Below, one piece after another: positions 38,991 to 50,695 of a DNA stretch of 64,000 nt. Location: contig NW_026262723.1 in the NCBI RefSeq assembly GCF_021869535.1, positions 100,998,001-101,062,000 of the forward strand, read 5' to 3'. The notes under the pieces are model-generated. The model ran no database searches. It was not told the origin of the DNA and was given only the letters and a program-made list of their open reading frames with translations. This DNA is from Mytilus californianus. Lineage: Eukaryota. A program made the position numbers and the translations under genes. How positions within the stretch are numbered: the stretch's first letter is position 1; each line of letters begins with the position of its first letter.

Positions 38991-40970
38991 ATGTCTTCCA
39001 CATGGAAGATGCATCGGACTTCTGATAATGCCTCAATTCAAAATGAGCAACATTTGGGAAATGTACCTCATCTGAACACGAGACCCTACCACTCGATCTT
39101 GAATATTATATTTATATATCACAACTTTCAGATAAACTGCAACTGCAACAAATCCACTTTGATGACCTATCAAAATTAGATACTGGATTCAACTAGATTG
39201 GCAGTGTCCCGTACAAATTTAGGTAAATTTATGTGAATGAAGGGAACAGATATTAAAAATACCATACTCGTCGTTGACCTCATTGCCAGACAAATACTAG
39301 TCTGCTTATGCTTTTTTACAAGACAAAAATAATTTTAAAAATGTTTGTCATCGCTGTATAGTACATTTTAAATCAAAATGTACCTGGACTATGATCAATT
39401 TTGATTCCAACTGTCCCCCTTGTCAGTTATATTAAAATGTATTGACAGTGGTGCCAATGATCTGATGTGAACACTCAAGGCCACCTGAGCTACAACAGTG
39501 ATTTATGAACAAAATATCAAATTTATCAAAGGATATTGAATATGATATTCCGCCTTTTGTCAGTTTTAACCTAGTTGTATCAGAGGATTTCCATAAAATG
39601 AAAAATGGACAACAGCAGACTTTGGTTGGAAAATCATGCCATGGACTAACTGACAGAATACCTAAAACGAAGTGTGGTGGAACATTTATACTAAAAGAAA
39701 TTTTCAGAGTTACGGATGAAAAGTAAACGCATTAGTGCTATATCTTTATCGCTATTCAATGCAAGTAACATGACAATTATTGGTATACCGGTATCCCTAC
39801 TATTCAATTGCAAGTAACAAGACCATTACTGGTACATCTATACTGCTATTCAATGCAAGTAACAAGACAACTACTGGTAGTGAAAAGGTGCATTACTAAA
39901 ATTTCCATTCGATTTAAACTGTCTGCAGTATATGTAGTGATCAGTATTGTTGACAGATACAAGGCCACAGGTTCATTTTAAATAAATGAACTAGTTTTCA
40001 GTAACTGCAAGTACTTTTGTGTTTTTTATCGATCTGACGAATTCAGCCCTTTTTAACTGTTTTTTAAAGCTTGTTCTGTTACACCACTATTGCAGGTTAG
40101 GGGAGGGTTGGTATGCCCTCAAGCATGTCAACCCTGCCACATTCTGTGTATCCCAAATCAGCAATTGAGTGGTAGATGTTTGTTGCTGTTTATCATATTT
40201 GTTTTGAACATAAATCAGGTTGTTGGTTTTCTCCTTTGAGACATTTGGTATTTCAGGGTACAAGATTTGCTCATTGTTGAAGGCCTTCAGTTGCTAAATC
40301 TCTACATCATATGGTCTCATTGGCAATCATACCACATCTTCTAAATTTTATATCATTATTTTGTCATGATGGTCTATCGTTTACTATACAGTATGGGTTT
40401 TGCTCATTGTGAAAGGCCTACAGCAACCAGATTTTTCATCCACCCTCACCCTTTAGTCCCGGGATTGTAGTCATCCCCTAGGTAATCATACCACATCTTA
40501 ATTTTATTTCATCATTGGTCTCCCCCCACTAGTTCTATGTAGGAGGATTTTTTTTTTTTTTTTTTTTTAGAAAAAAAGCTTTACATATATATATATATTT
40601 TTTTTTAGGCAGGTGACATCTACCAGTACAGATGACTTATGCCATTCACATTTACAGAAATGGTTTGAAGTTTACAAAAAACAATTGATCAACTGGTATG
40701 TAATTGTTTGTCAACATCTTGCCAAGATGTCAATTAAATTGCCGTTAATATAAAGCATTACAATGGATACGTTGATGATTTGATGCTGAACATCCAATGG
40801 CAAATATTACATGCATATTGGAATGAGAACATAATAAAATATCAGTCATTACAGCAACACTAAATGACTTGACTTATCTATATGTGTTGGTGAATGGAGT
40901 TTACAAGAAATGATATACACAAATACATCACAGAATATTTATTCAATTGAAATGTCCCATTTCCATATAT

Positions 40971-43900
40971 TTAAGCCTCTGTTTTTGCTTGAGCATCTTT
41001 CTTCAGTGGACCCTGAAAAACAGAAGATATATATTAGAAATACAGATGAACATAGTGTTCATATTTCAAAACCAGAGTATCATCTTGTTGGTATGAGTAA
41101 AGTAAAAAAATATACCATTTATTTGTATTAAAAAGGTTGTCTATTAATGTATGTTAAAATAGAATTTATCCTGTATACCAGAAAATTCTTTTTGTGATTT
41201 TCTTTGTGCAGCATTTTAATCATGAATTTTTAAAATATTTTTGCGATCCATATTTTTTAGATTGATTTAGTGCAGTACTGAATATAAATTTGAATAGTTA
41301 ATCTATCAGAAGGAAGGCAACATGGTGAAATCTTCATTAGAATCAGGATATCCTGGCAGGGATATCATCCACGTTGTTCATCATTTAGATTAACAACTTC
41401 AAACGAACAAGGCATCTTGAAATAACCGTTTTACCCTTATTTTAAGTCCTTTTTAATAATGATGCCTGAAAGTAAACAAGAAAGCCTACCATAAAATTGT
41501 GTTTCTCCTTGAATGTCTGGAAACGTCCATGTCCAAATTTGCTGGCTGTGTCAATAAATTTCAAGTCAATCTTCTCCATTTGCTTCTTTTTAAATGATGC
41601 CAAGAGAGACTGCAAACAGAAACAAACACAAAATGTCATTTATATACAATGTGGATTTGTTTATGCTCTCAGATGGTATTAATTTTATTCATGTACAGAA
41701 TTGATATGCATTACAAGAATCAATCATCAGAAGGAAGGCAACATGGTGAAATCCTCATCAAATTCAGAGTATCCTGGCAGGGATACTTTCCATGTTTTTC
41801 ATCATAAATTGATTTTCAAGTTTCTATAGGATTACACAACAATTCATGTATCTGTATAGAATCTGAACATTTAAATGAAATGTTATAAAAATAAAAATAT
41901 CTTGTACACTCCTTACAATATATTTTATTGACATTGACATTAATGACTTTGGTACATGTTGGATCTAAATAAAATATACCTTTCTAAGTGTGACAACTCT
42001 CTTCTTAGGTCCGATACAACATCCCTTAATCATAACAAAGTCATTTGCTACTTCTCCATAGTGAGGAAATCCTCCCATTGGAGTGATTGGCTTCTCATCA
42101 GCATCATACTCAGTTGAACCATTGTTTGTAATAAGCTTGCCTTCCTTAGTATGGTATCCATCACCAAGACGATAGATCTTTTTGTTGATTTCAGTCCTGT
42201 GATGGTAACCCTTTTGTCCAGCTCTGGCCACAGTGAACTGGACACGACTTGGATGCCAGGCTCCAATACAAGCTACTTTACGCAGACCTTTGTGAGTCTT
42301 CCTTGGCAACTTCTTGCAGTGCCATCTGGATGTTACACCTATTAACATAAATATAATATATTAACCTAGAGGATAATGATGAGAGTCATCATAGACGGCC
42401 TTGCTGGGGTAAACAAATATATAATTTATAATAAGGCAAACAGAATAATGCATGCTTGTAGGTTATCAATATTTCTTGGAATTTATGGTGCAAGCAGATA
42501 TAAAAGAAGTTGCACATAATTTATGATAAAATTTGTGATTTTTAAACAAAAACAAACTTTATTTCCCAAATTAATGAGCTAAATTTCACCCAAAATATGA
42601 TATGAACGAAATTTCATTGGCCTCCTACCTATACTTTGGAGTTTTCGGGTTTACAAAATTTTTTGACAGACAGATGGACAAAGTGAAAACTATAGGGCCC
42701 TTATTAGTATCATCTAAAAGGTATTCAGTGTTAATTGATAAAAACAAACCTAACGGAAGGCATTCATTTTTTGATGCAACACTAATCCATCCCACAACTT
42801 CAAGGGGTTTTAAAGTAAAAGAGAGCTGAAATTTTTTAGTGCATATGCACAGGGACTGCCAAGTTAAACCAAGTTCTTAAATAGGACTTTCAATGTATGG
42901 ATTTCTTCCTTTTACCAGACACACCTTCTAGAAGTGGGGAAAAACATGTCAAATTCATTTCACAACTCTAAACAGATATGAAAGTTAGAGCTAAAACAAT
43001 TTTTGTACATGTGCACAGGTGTAAGTTGAACCAAGTTTTTAACTGGTTTTCTTCATTGTATGTGACACATTAAAACTAAGCTATTGTTATACTTGTTCAC
43101 CACCTTTCTACTGTTTACAATCTTACCTTTTACTCCTTTACCCTTGGTTACACCAATGATATCAATATTTTCATCCTGGGCAAACACATTTTTTACAGGT
43201 ATGCTCTTCTCAAAATAACTTTTAGCCCAGTCCACTTTCTGGGAGATGGTACCACCGTTAACTTGGATCTCCATAATATGGGCTTTCTTCTGACGTTTCT
43301 TCATCAACTTAGTCTGTAATAAAAATGATGGTACATGTATGCATTGATCACCTCATAAACCACTCCTCCAGAAATAGAATGTTATTTTTATTTTGGGTTG
43401 ACCAATAATTTTTTAAATGCCAGTGTTTAAATTAGACATGTCAAACATATGCCATTTTGATATGTATTTTCACTTTAATTGCAGTTGTGTTGTGTTTGCT
43501 TATTTGTAAATTATTTTATTGATCATTCATTTTTGCTGTATTCTCTCCATAATAGTTACAAGAAAATATACAAAAATAGCAGAAACCCTAAAAGGTGCAT
43601 GTCCTCAATTTGACAAAGATTACAGACTAATTTCAGACATTAACAAAAAAAGGTAAAAGTTCTTATATTGATCAAGTCATGAGTGTTTTCAAATTACAGA
43701 CGATTTATTTTGGACAAGGTAACAGTTTGCAGTAAGATATGACACAGATCAATCAGTTATTGCAATCTCAAATGCTGCATTTTAGTGGAGCACAAACAAA
43801 TATCAATTTTCAAGTCTTTGGTTTGACCTGACCTCCTGCACTTAAGAACAGCACGTTACCACTAGATTACTAAGGCATTTCTTTAGACTTGTCTACATTT

Positions 43901-46900
43901 CGAATAGAAATAATTGCCTTACCTGAGTATGGGCAAGGACTCGGATGACTCTACAGTACTTCTTCATCTTGTTGAAGTCACGCTCTATCTCTTTCTTTCC
44001 AGCCTCATCCTGCCATTTCTTGGCAGATTTAGTGAATGCCTTCTTCTTGGATCGGTACCTTAAATAAATATGAACCGTTTCATCATGAAATAATATTCAT
44101 GAGCGGAAACAGCATTGTAACAAGCTCATTGGTTTATAACCAAGAGGAGCTTCAAGTTGAGCCACTTTCCTAGTGATTGATAATGAGACACTGTCAATCT
44201 CTTGGCATCAATCACCTGTAAATATTGAAAAAAAGAAAGTGCACAATACAAATATATTCAAAATCATATATAATCATATGTATATCAATCTTGAACTTTC
44301 AATAACCTTCTCGAAAGATGTAAATATTTTATATGCAAATCATCCAGTCTGTCCTACTTGTGTCACAATTTAAACCAGCTCTCTCTGTACAAATATTCCA
44401 ATTGGAAATTTTCAAAACTACTTTGGCTGTTTTTTCATAATTTCAGCAGGAAGCAACTCCCAAAAAAAGTCTTTCAACTGCACTGGATTTTAAAAAATAA
44501 AAATAAAATTATGAGAAATGAAAAACCATAGAGATGGTGACAGATCACCTAAGCGCCATGTTGTCCCATAATAATAATTCTTGTTATGCATTGTTTTTGC
44601 AGCTATAAATATACAACTTATAGTTCATACCAATTCTTGTAAAAACGTCTTTTACATTCTTCACTAAGATGTTCAGCAAAGATGGTTTTAAATGCTCGTA
44701 ATCCACTTGGAGTTTCAATATATCCAACCACACCTACAACCATCATAGGTGGTGCCTCCAGTACAGTTACAGCCTCTACAATCTCCTTCTTGTGAGATTC
44801 TAGAAAATAAAATTGAAATGTCTTAGTCTCTGCTGGAAATCATCAAATACATGCTACATTTGGCCTAATAAAATAATATCTGTGTTACCGTTAAAATGTT
44901 AGGGTAGGAAGTTGAGTAAAAATTTGATTTCAAGTTGTTGACAGGGGAAAGAGTTTGACTTTAATATTAATAGCGCTTGTTCAAAAATGACCAAAAACTA
45001 TTCGGGGTAGGCAGGGTTAACAGAGAAGTATTATTTTTGTATGTATTTGATGTATGTCTATATTGTACCTCTTCATTTAGTGAGGACATTCATTTCAATC
45101 TCTGTTCACCTTATTCCTAGGAAAATCCTGTTTAGTCAAGATATTTGGCTGAACCTTTAAATGTTTTGTTAACAAGGTGGCTGTGGAACTGAATCATTTA
45201 ATTTTCAGTCATTTTTATATACATTTGTAGCAATGAAAATATAATTTTTCACAACCAATTATTTAAGAGTTCTCTCCAGAATTCTGTTATAGTGTTGTGG
45301 TAAGTTTTTAGATGTACATTACAAATGGCTGCAGACCATGCAATTCATTTTAAAATCCAAGCAATCCTCATTTTAATAGGATTTAAAATGATTTTTTAGC
45401 TACTTTCTATTGAGGATTGAACAGCAACCTTGATAGAATATGTTTACATCATTTTGCATTAAGTTTTCCCTTCATTTACAAGTTGTAAACAACTAATAAT
45501 GTAAGGGCAAGTTCTGATCAATTTTGGGCTTGTGCAGATTGAAGTTTGATTTCCAAAAAAAAATGAAACAGTAATGATTTTGTAGACAGGAGACACACGA
45601 ACCTGTTGTCAGTGAAAGGTAAATTTAGTTCAAAAGCTTGTGAACAACTTACTGGATATTTGAAATTGTCAGGTAAAATTGTTTAGGTAGGCACCAGAAA
45701 TTGGAAACTCTAAATCAATTGCAGTGTTACAATTGGATAATGCTGCACACCCCTTCACTTAAAACATCCTGGGAATAACACTTAAAGTTTAGGCCTAAAA
45801 AAAAAAAAAATCTGTGTTTCCGGTAACATCATTTTGTTAAATAGGGTCGGTAGGTCGGATTTCTTTTTTTTTGACATTGTATACGAAATCCGGAAAAATA
45901 TTATGGTTTTTCCACGTCCGTGTCCGTAATTAGTTTCAAATACCGGAAGTGCGGCCTTTGCAATGTTTTTGAAGCACCTGCTGTGCAAATTTCTTGGATT
46001 TTAACCTATTTGGAATACCTTTTTGACATAAATAAAATGTTTTACTGGCTTTCTGTGCAGTTAGATAAATAATTATGTTGATTAACAGAAGCCTGTGTCA
46101 AAAACAGGGTCGGTTGATACCAATTTTTTTTTTTTTTTTTGAAGATCCAATAAAAAAATTAGGGTCAGGGCTAAAAAAACAGGGTCGGTCGGGTTACCGG
46201 AAAACAGATTTTTTTTCTCTCTGCCTTAAGAAATTATACAAGTCCTTACTGCTCTGATAATATTCTTTTATAAGGTGTAATACCACCAAAACATGTTACG
46301 TCACATCAGGTTGCATACGAAAAAGGGTTGAAAAAATATTTCCTTGAATTTGACAGTTGAAGGAAAATAATCCTACATTTCATTGCAGTAAAAAATTTCT
46401 GAGTCATAAACATATATCTTGGATATTTCAAAGCCCCATTATTTTTTCATTTGGTGTTTCTATACAATATTTTGGAAACTTGAGGTTACATAGTTACTAA
46501 AGCTTGTACACGGAAAAAGAGGGTGAAAATTTGATTGGTTAAATTCCAGTGGTGGTTACTTTCTTATATGCAATGAAATGTTATGTGAAATTTTGTCTAT
46601 AGTACTGGACAGGATAAAACTTTACTCATGCCAAGTATTTCTTTATTTGAAACAAAGATAAATTCTGCACAATTTTTTGAAAAGTGAAAATTTAACAGAC
46701 TAATAGGGGAAAATCAATGGTGGTAGTACACCTATTACTGTAAATTAAATTTAAAATCAACATACTGGAGCCTGGTCTATCAACTTCTCTGACAATATGG
46801 GACATTCCTGCCTTGTATCCAATAAATGCTGTGAGATGAACTGGCTTATTCTTGTCATCATTGGGAAATGCCTTCACTTTTCCACGGTGGCGTTTGGCCC

Positions 46901-49900
46901 TCTTCTTGGGTAGGAAGCCTTTAGAACCGTGCCGAGGAGCCGAGAATTTTCTATGAGACTGAAAATATAAAAATAAAATATAAGGACTCTTCTTGCAATT
47001 TGAATTCAATGTATTATATTCATATATCAAAACCTACATGTAGTTAGAATTTCTCTCTATTATTTGTACTGTTAAACATGTTCAAACTAAACCCAAGTTT
47101 TATCAAGTCAAATCACACAATGTCGTGTTTCAAATTCTCAATAGATGAATGAATTGGTGCTCAACATCCAGTGGCAATTATTACATCAGGACTCATATTT
47201 TGATATAAACGGAATATGAACCCTGGTTAAGTACTAGACCAACACACTCTGACAGCCAGATTTCAACGTGCCAATTTACAAGGAAAACAGTGCAGGAAGA
47301 GCTACATTAACACATCATAACAACTGGGAGCTGATCAGTATTGTGCTTTTAGTCTTAATTTCACATACTAACATGTAGTGGAGAGGCAGCATATACCAAT
47401 TTTCAAGTCTTAAGTTTGTTCTGACAGATTGAACCCACAACTTGCCACATTAAAGAAGAAATTGGCAGTTGACCAATAGCTAATGTTTTACAAATTTGAC
47501 TAGGGTCCATTATGGAAAGAGTTCCAACTCTCATAATTTTGTTGTCCATTTCAATTTTCCAAAAAAACTCATTTTCAACAATATGAAGACACAGAAATAA
47601 GGAATTTGGAACATTTTTTTACTACCTTGTGAGGAACTGTTAATGGATTGTACTAGCAAAGAAAAACTGTCTTACATGCATGAAAATGTAAAGGATATAA
47701 TGCACATCCCAAAAACATGTAATGCACTTTAAATCTAATAATCAAGTTATGTCATGTCTAAACTCTACCAGGTGCGAAATTTTGTCTACTTGGTAAATTC
47801 AGAGTTGTAACCACTGCCATATTTTAAATTCCTACCGATGACCCTGTAATGAGCGCCAGTATCATGGACTTTCAGCGAATAAAATGTAAACATTGATTAA
47901 CAAAACACAATAAAATGCTCCGCTGGGCGCAGCTTGATACGACCACAGAGGTCGAACCCTGAACAGTTGGGGCAAGTATGGACACAACATTCAAGCTTGA
48001 TACAGCACTGAATTTGGATTGTGATTAAATATTTGACACAGCATAGGTTTCTGACACAGAATGAATGTGGTCCAAGAACTTAAAATTTTTTAATTTACCT
48101 ATTCAAACCATATCATTATTATTTGCTTTTATATATAAATCAGAAATAACCCATTTATAAAATGGAAAATTTTAAAGCAAAAAAAAATCCCTCCCCTAAA
48201 TTTTTTGAACCCCTTATGATTCATCACCCCCAAACTCAATCCCAGCCTTCCCTTTGTGGTATGGTACTTTGCAGTACAATTTCAGAGAGATCCATACACT
48301 TGAACACAAGTTATTGTCTGGAAACTAGAAAAATGCTTGTTTTTAGGCCCCAAATTCCTAAACGTTTATGGCAACTACCCCCAAACTCAAACCCAGCTTT
48401 CCTCTTGTGATATGGAACCTTGTAGTACAATTTCATAAAGATCCATACACTTACACACAAGTTATTGTCCTAAAACTAGAAAAATGCTTGTTTTTTTCCA
48501 CTTTTTTGGCCCCCAATTCCTAAAATTTTGAGGCAATTACCCCCAAAATCAATCCCAGCATTCCCTTTGTGATATGGAACCTTGTGGTACAATATCAGAT
48601 AGATCCATACACTAATACACAAGTTATGTCTGGAAGTTACAAAAATGCTTATTTTTGGCCCCTAATTCCTTAACTGTTGGTACCATAACCCCCAAAATCA
48701 ATCCCAACCTTCCTTTTGTGGTATTGAACCTTATGGTAAAATTTCATGGAGATCCATTTACTTAAAACTAAAGTTAGAGTGCGAAAACCAAAGTGTCTTC
48801 GGACGACGACGCCGTCATACCAATGGTTTCATGTCGATCAGGCCCCACGTCGATCCGGCCCATATTTAAAGTCGATTCCGGCCCAATAAAAAAATATATT
48901 TATAAGGAATAAAAATAAAGATATATATTAATTGTAATTCATAAATGTTTATGAATTTTATTATAACGTAAAAGGTGTACGGTAAAAAAAAAAGGCCTTT
49001 GACAAATATTTTCTTTAGATGAGTTTAAAACAACTATGTTGATTATGTTTTCATTACAAGTTTTCAAGATTATTGGGTATAATTATAATAAAAACGTATA
49101 TAACAGAATTTAGTACAATCAACAGACATCAACATTAATCAGCAGTAATTAGCATTTTCTTTCAATTGACTGTGATCTTACCAAGTCTTTCATCCTGTGT
49201 AATAACAAATAGTTACATACACAACGGTACAAGCCGATCCCCAAGCTGATACATACAAACTCCACTTCTACAAGATGGTTCCAGCGCTCATCAAGGAAGC
49301 CAAAACTGTTTCGAGGCAAGTGCGTCTGGTAGATGAACAGAGTCTTGCCCGTTGGCAATGCACCAAGTATAAAGTTCCAATGGGAACTATAAAATTCCCA
49401 TGGGAAAAGTACTTTTTCCGATGGGAACTTCTAATATTCTTATGGGAATTTTTAAAATTTTTACAAATTCCATTTACACTGTTAAAATTTGTCACAAAAT
49501 CCTCCAAAGTCAATATAGTTTATTCATATTTTATTATGGGGCCGGATCGACGTAGGGACGGATCGACGTGGGCCGGATCGACTTTGGGCCAGATCGACTT
49601 GGGGCCGGATCGGTTTGGGGACGGAACGACCGGATACCATACCAATATACGACCAAAAAATTTTCAATTTTTGCGTTCGTATAATAAGGTAGTGCTCTAC
49701 TTGGAGTTCAGTATTTTTTTTTACACTTTTCTATTAAAGTCTAATAAAGAGGAACATTTATGAAATGATTACTTTATAATAAAATTGAGAATGGAAATGG
49801 GGAATGAGTCAAAGAGACAAAACCCGACCAAAGAGCAGAAAACAGTCGAAGGCCATCAATGGTTCCAAGTTCAACACAGCGAGAAAATCCCGCAACCGGA

Positions 49901-50219
49901 GGCGGGCTTCAGCTGGCCCCTTAACAAAAATGTGTGCTAGTTCAAAACTCCAAAACATATAAATGAACTAAAATTAAAAAATATACAAGACCAACAAAGG
50001 CCAGAGGCTCCTGACTTGGGACAGTCGCAAAAATGCATATATGTACCATTGTCAAACATCCGAATTACTGTTTTTTTTTTCATAAATAATGCATTTAAAT
50101 TAAATTAAAACTAAAAGACATATAATTGATTGCTTATTATTGTAAATTAGTCTATAGAATCATCATTTTTATTGTTGGAAATCAGTGGATTTAAATGGAT
50201 TGAAAGTCCACGTTACCAT
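40971..50219 (-). CDS. RPL3: 60S ribosomal protein L3 (uL3), 8 coding exons, 402 aa
   Basis: Exons: 50219-50217 (ATG only), 46958-46766, 44799-44631, 44058-43923, 43313-43127, 42338-41980, 41609-41490, 41012-40971; total 1209 nt. Translation runs [18 protein letters not shown]... [30 protein letters not shown]... [13 protein letters not shown]... [19 protein letters not shown] lies at ~40938-40943. Confidence 0.98.
41297..41394 (-). ncRNA. SNORD83: Box C/D snoRNA, SNORD83 (U83)-like, in RPL3 intron 7
   Basis: Minus strand: C box ATGATGA, D' CTGA, C' TGAAGA, D CTGA, and a 9-bp terminal stem GTTAATCTA/TAGATTAAC. The guide-plus-D-box TTGCCTTCCTTCTGA matches the recalled 3' end of human U83B, which is also hosted in RPL3. 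Confidence 0.9.
41718..41814 (-). ncRNA. SNORD83: Box C/D snoRNA, SNORD83 (U83)-like, second copy in RPL3 intron 6
   Basis: Same architecture (ATGATGA...CTGA...TGAGGA...TTCACCATGTTGCCTTCCTT-CTGA) with terminal stem AATCAAT/ATTGATT. The internal hairpin covaries with the first copy. Confidence 0.9.
45789..46228. mobile_element. MITE in RPL3 intron 2
   Basis: Imperfect TIRs AAAAATCTGTGTTTCCGGTAAC / GTTACCGGAAAACAGATTTTTT with TTAG/TTAA flanks. Confidence 0.55.
47900..49685 (-). mobile_element. Family C HINE-like element in RPL3 intron 1, carrying a nested DNA transposon
   Basis: About 93% match by eye to the reverse complement of 54975-55153. GACGACGACGCCG tract and terminal hairpin ATACGACC...TTCGTATA. 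Confidence 0.65.
48825..49638. mobile_element. 814-bp non-autonomous DNA transposon with GG termini and 8-bp TSD
   Basis: TSD ATACCAAT at 48817-48824 and 49639-49646. Ends GGTTTC.../...GATACC. Multiple subterminal GTCGATCCGGCCC(C) repeats in inverted orientation at the two ends. Confidence 0.8.
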
Positions 50220-50237
50220 CTTCTGAGTTCGGCATGC

Positions 50238-50270
50238 AAAAAGAAGGAACAAGAATACGGCAACTTCCGG
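50238..50270 (-). promoter_or_regulatory. RPL3 5'TOP/TCT start and ETS (GABP-like) site
   Basis: On the minus strand TTCCTTCTTTTT (50249-50238) lies ~20 nt before the ATG|GT of exon 1, and CCGGAAGT is at 50270-50263. Both are typical of animal ribosomal protein promoters. Confidence 0.75.
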
Positions 50271-50695
50271 ATTCCCATTGACGAGGTACACGTAAGGAAA
50301 AATAAATCAAGATACTGACAAAACTTTTCACACAGAATATTTGAATTACATAAATGAAGATAAACAAATCAATTTCAAGAAAATATTAAGTCATAACTGT
50401 ATCTCCCTTTTCGTAAATAAGCCAAAATATTTTACTTAATTTCTCCTTCAGGCCTTTGGCCTCAACATTACGACAATCAGACACAGGGCAATAGTTTATA
50501 TCAGAGACAAAAATGAATAAGAATGTTCTACACGATTGTAGCATTTAAACTCAGATTATTTTTCTCCAATTGTTGATATAATTATATGTTCAGTATTTTA
50601 TATCAAGAGTAATGTCGTAAACAAAAAGGTAAACGGTGAAGGTCATTTATGAAGGATCCCAATTTTGTGGATGAACTGCATTGACGGCGTTGGAA

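Noticed and set aside
44113-44216. H/ACA snoRNA interpretation of the two hairpins plus ACA in RPL3 intron 3
   Set aside because: There is no ANANNA H box between the hairpins, the length is only ~104 nt and the pockets are too small. The poison-acceptor reading fits better.
46959-50216. SNORD43 (U43) homolog expected in RPL3 intron 1 by analogy to human
   Set aside because: No TGACGGGCGG-type guide or C/D pair was found by eye. A diverged copy cannot be excluded without cmsearch.
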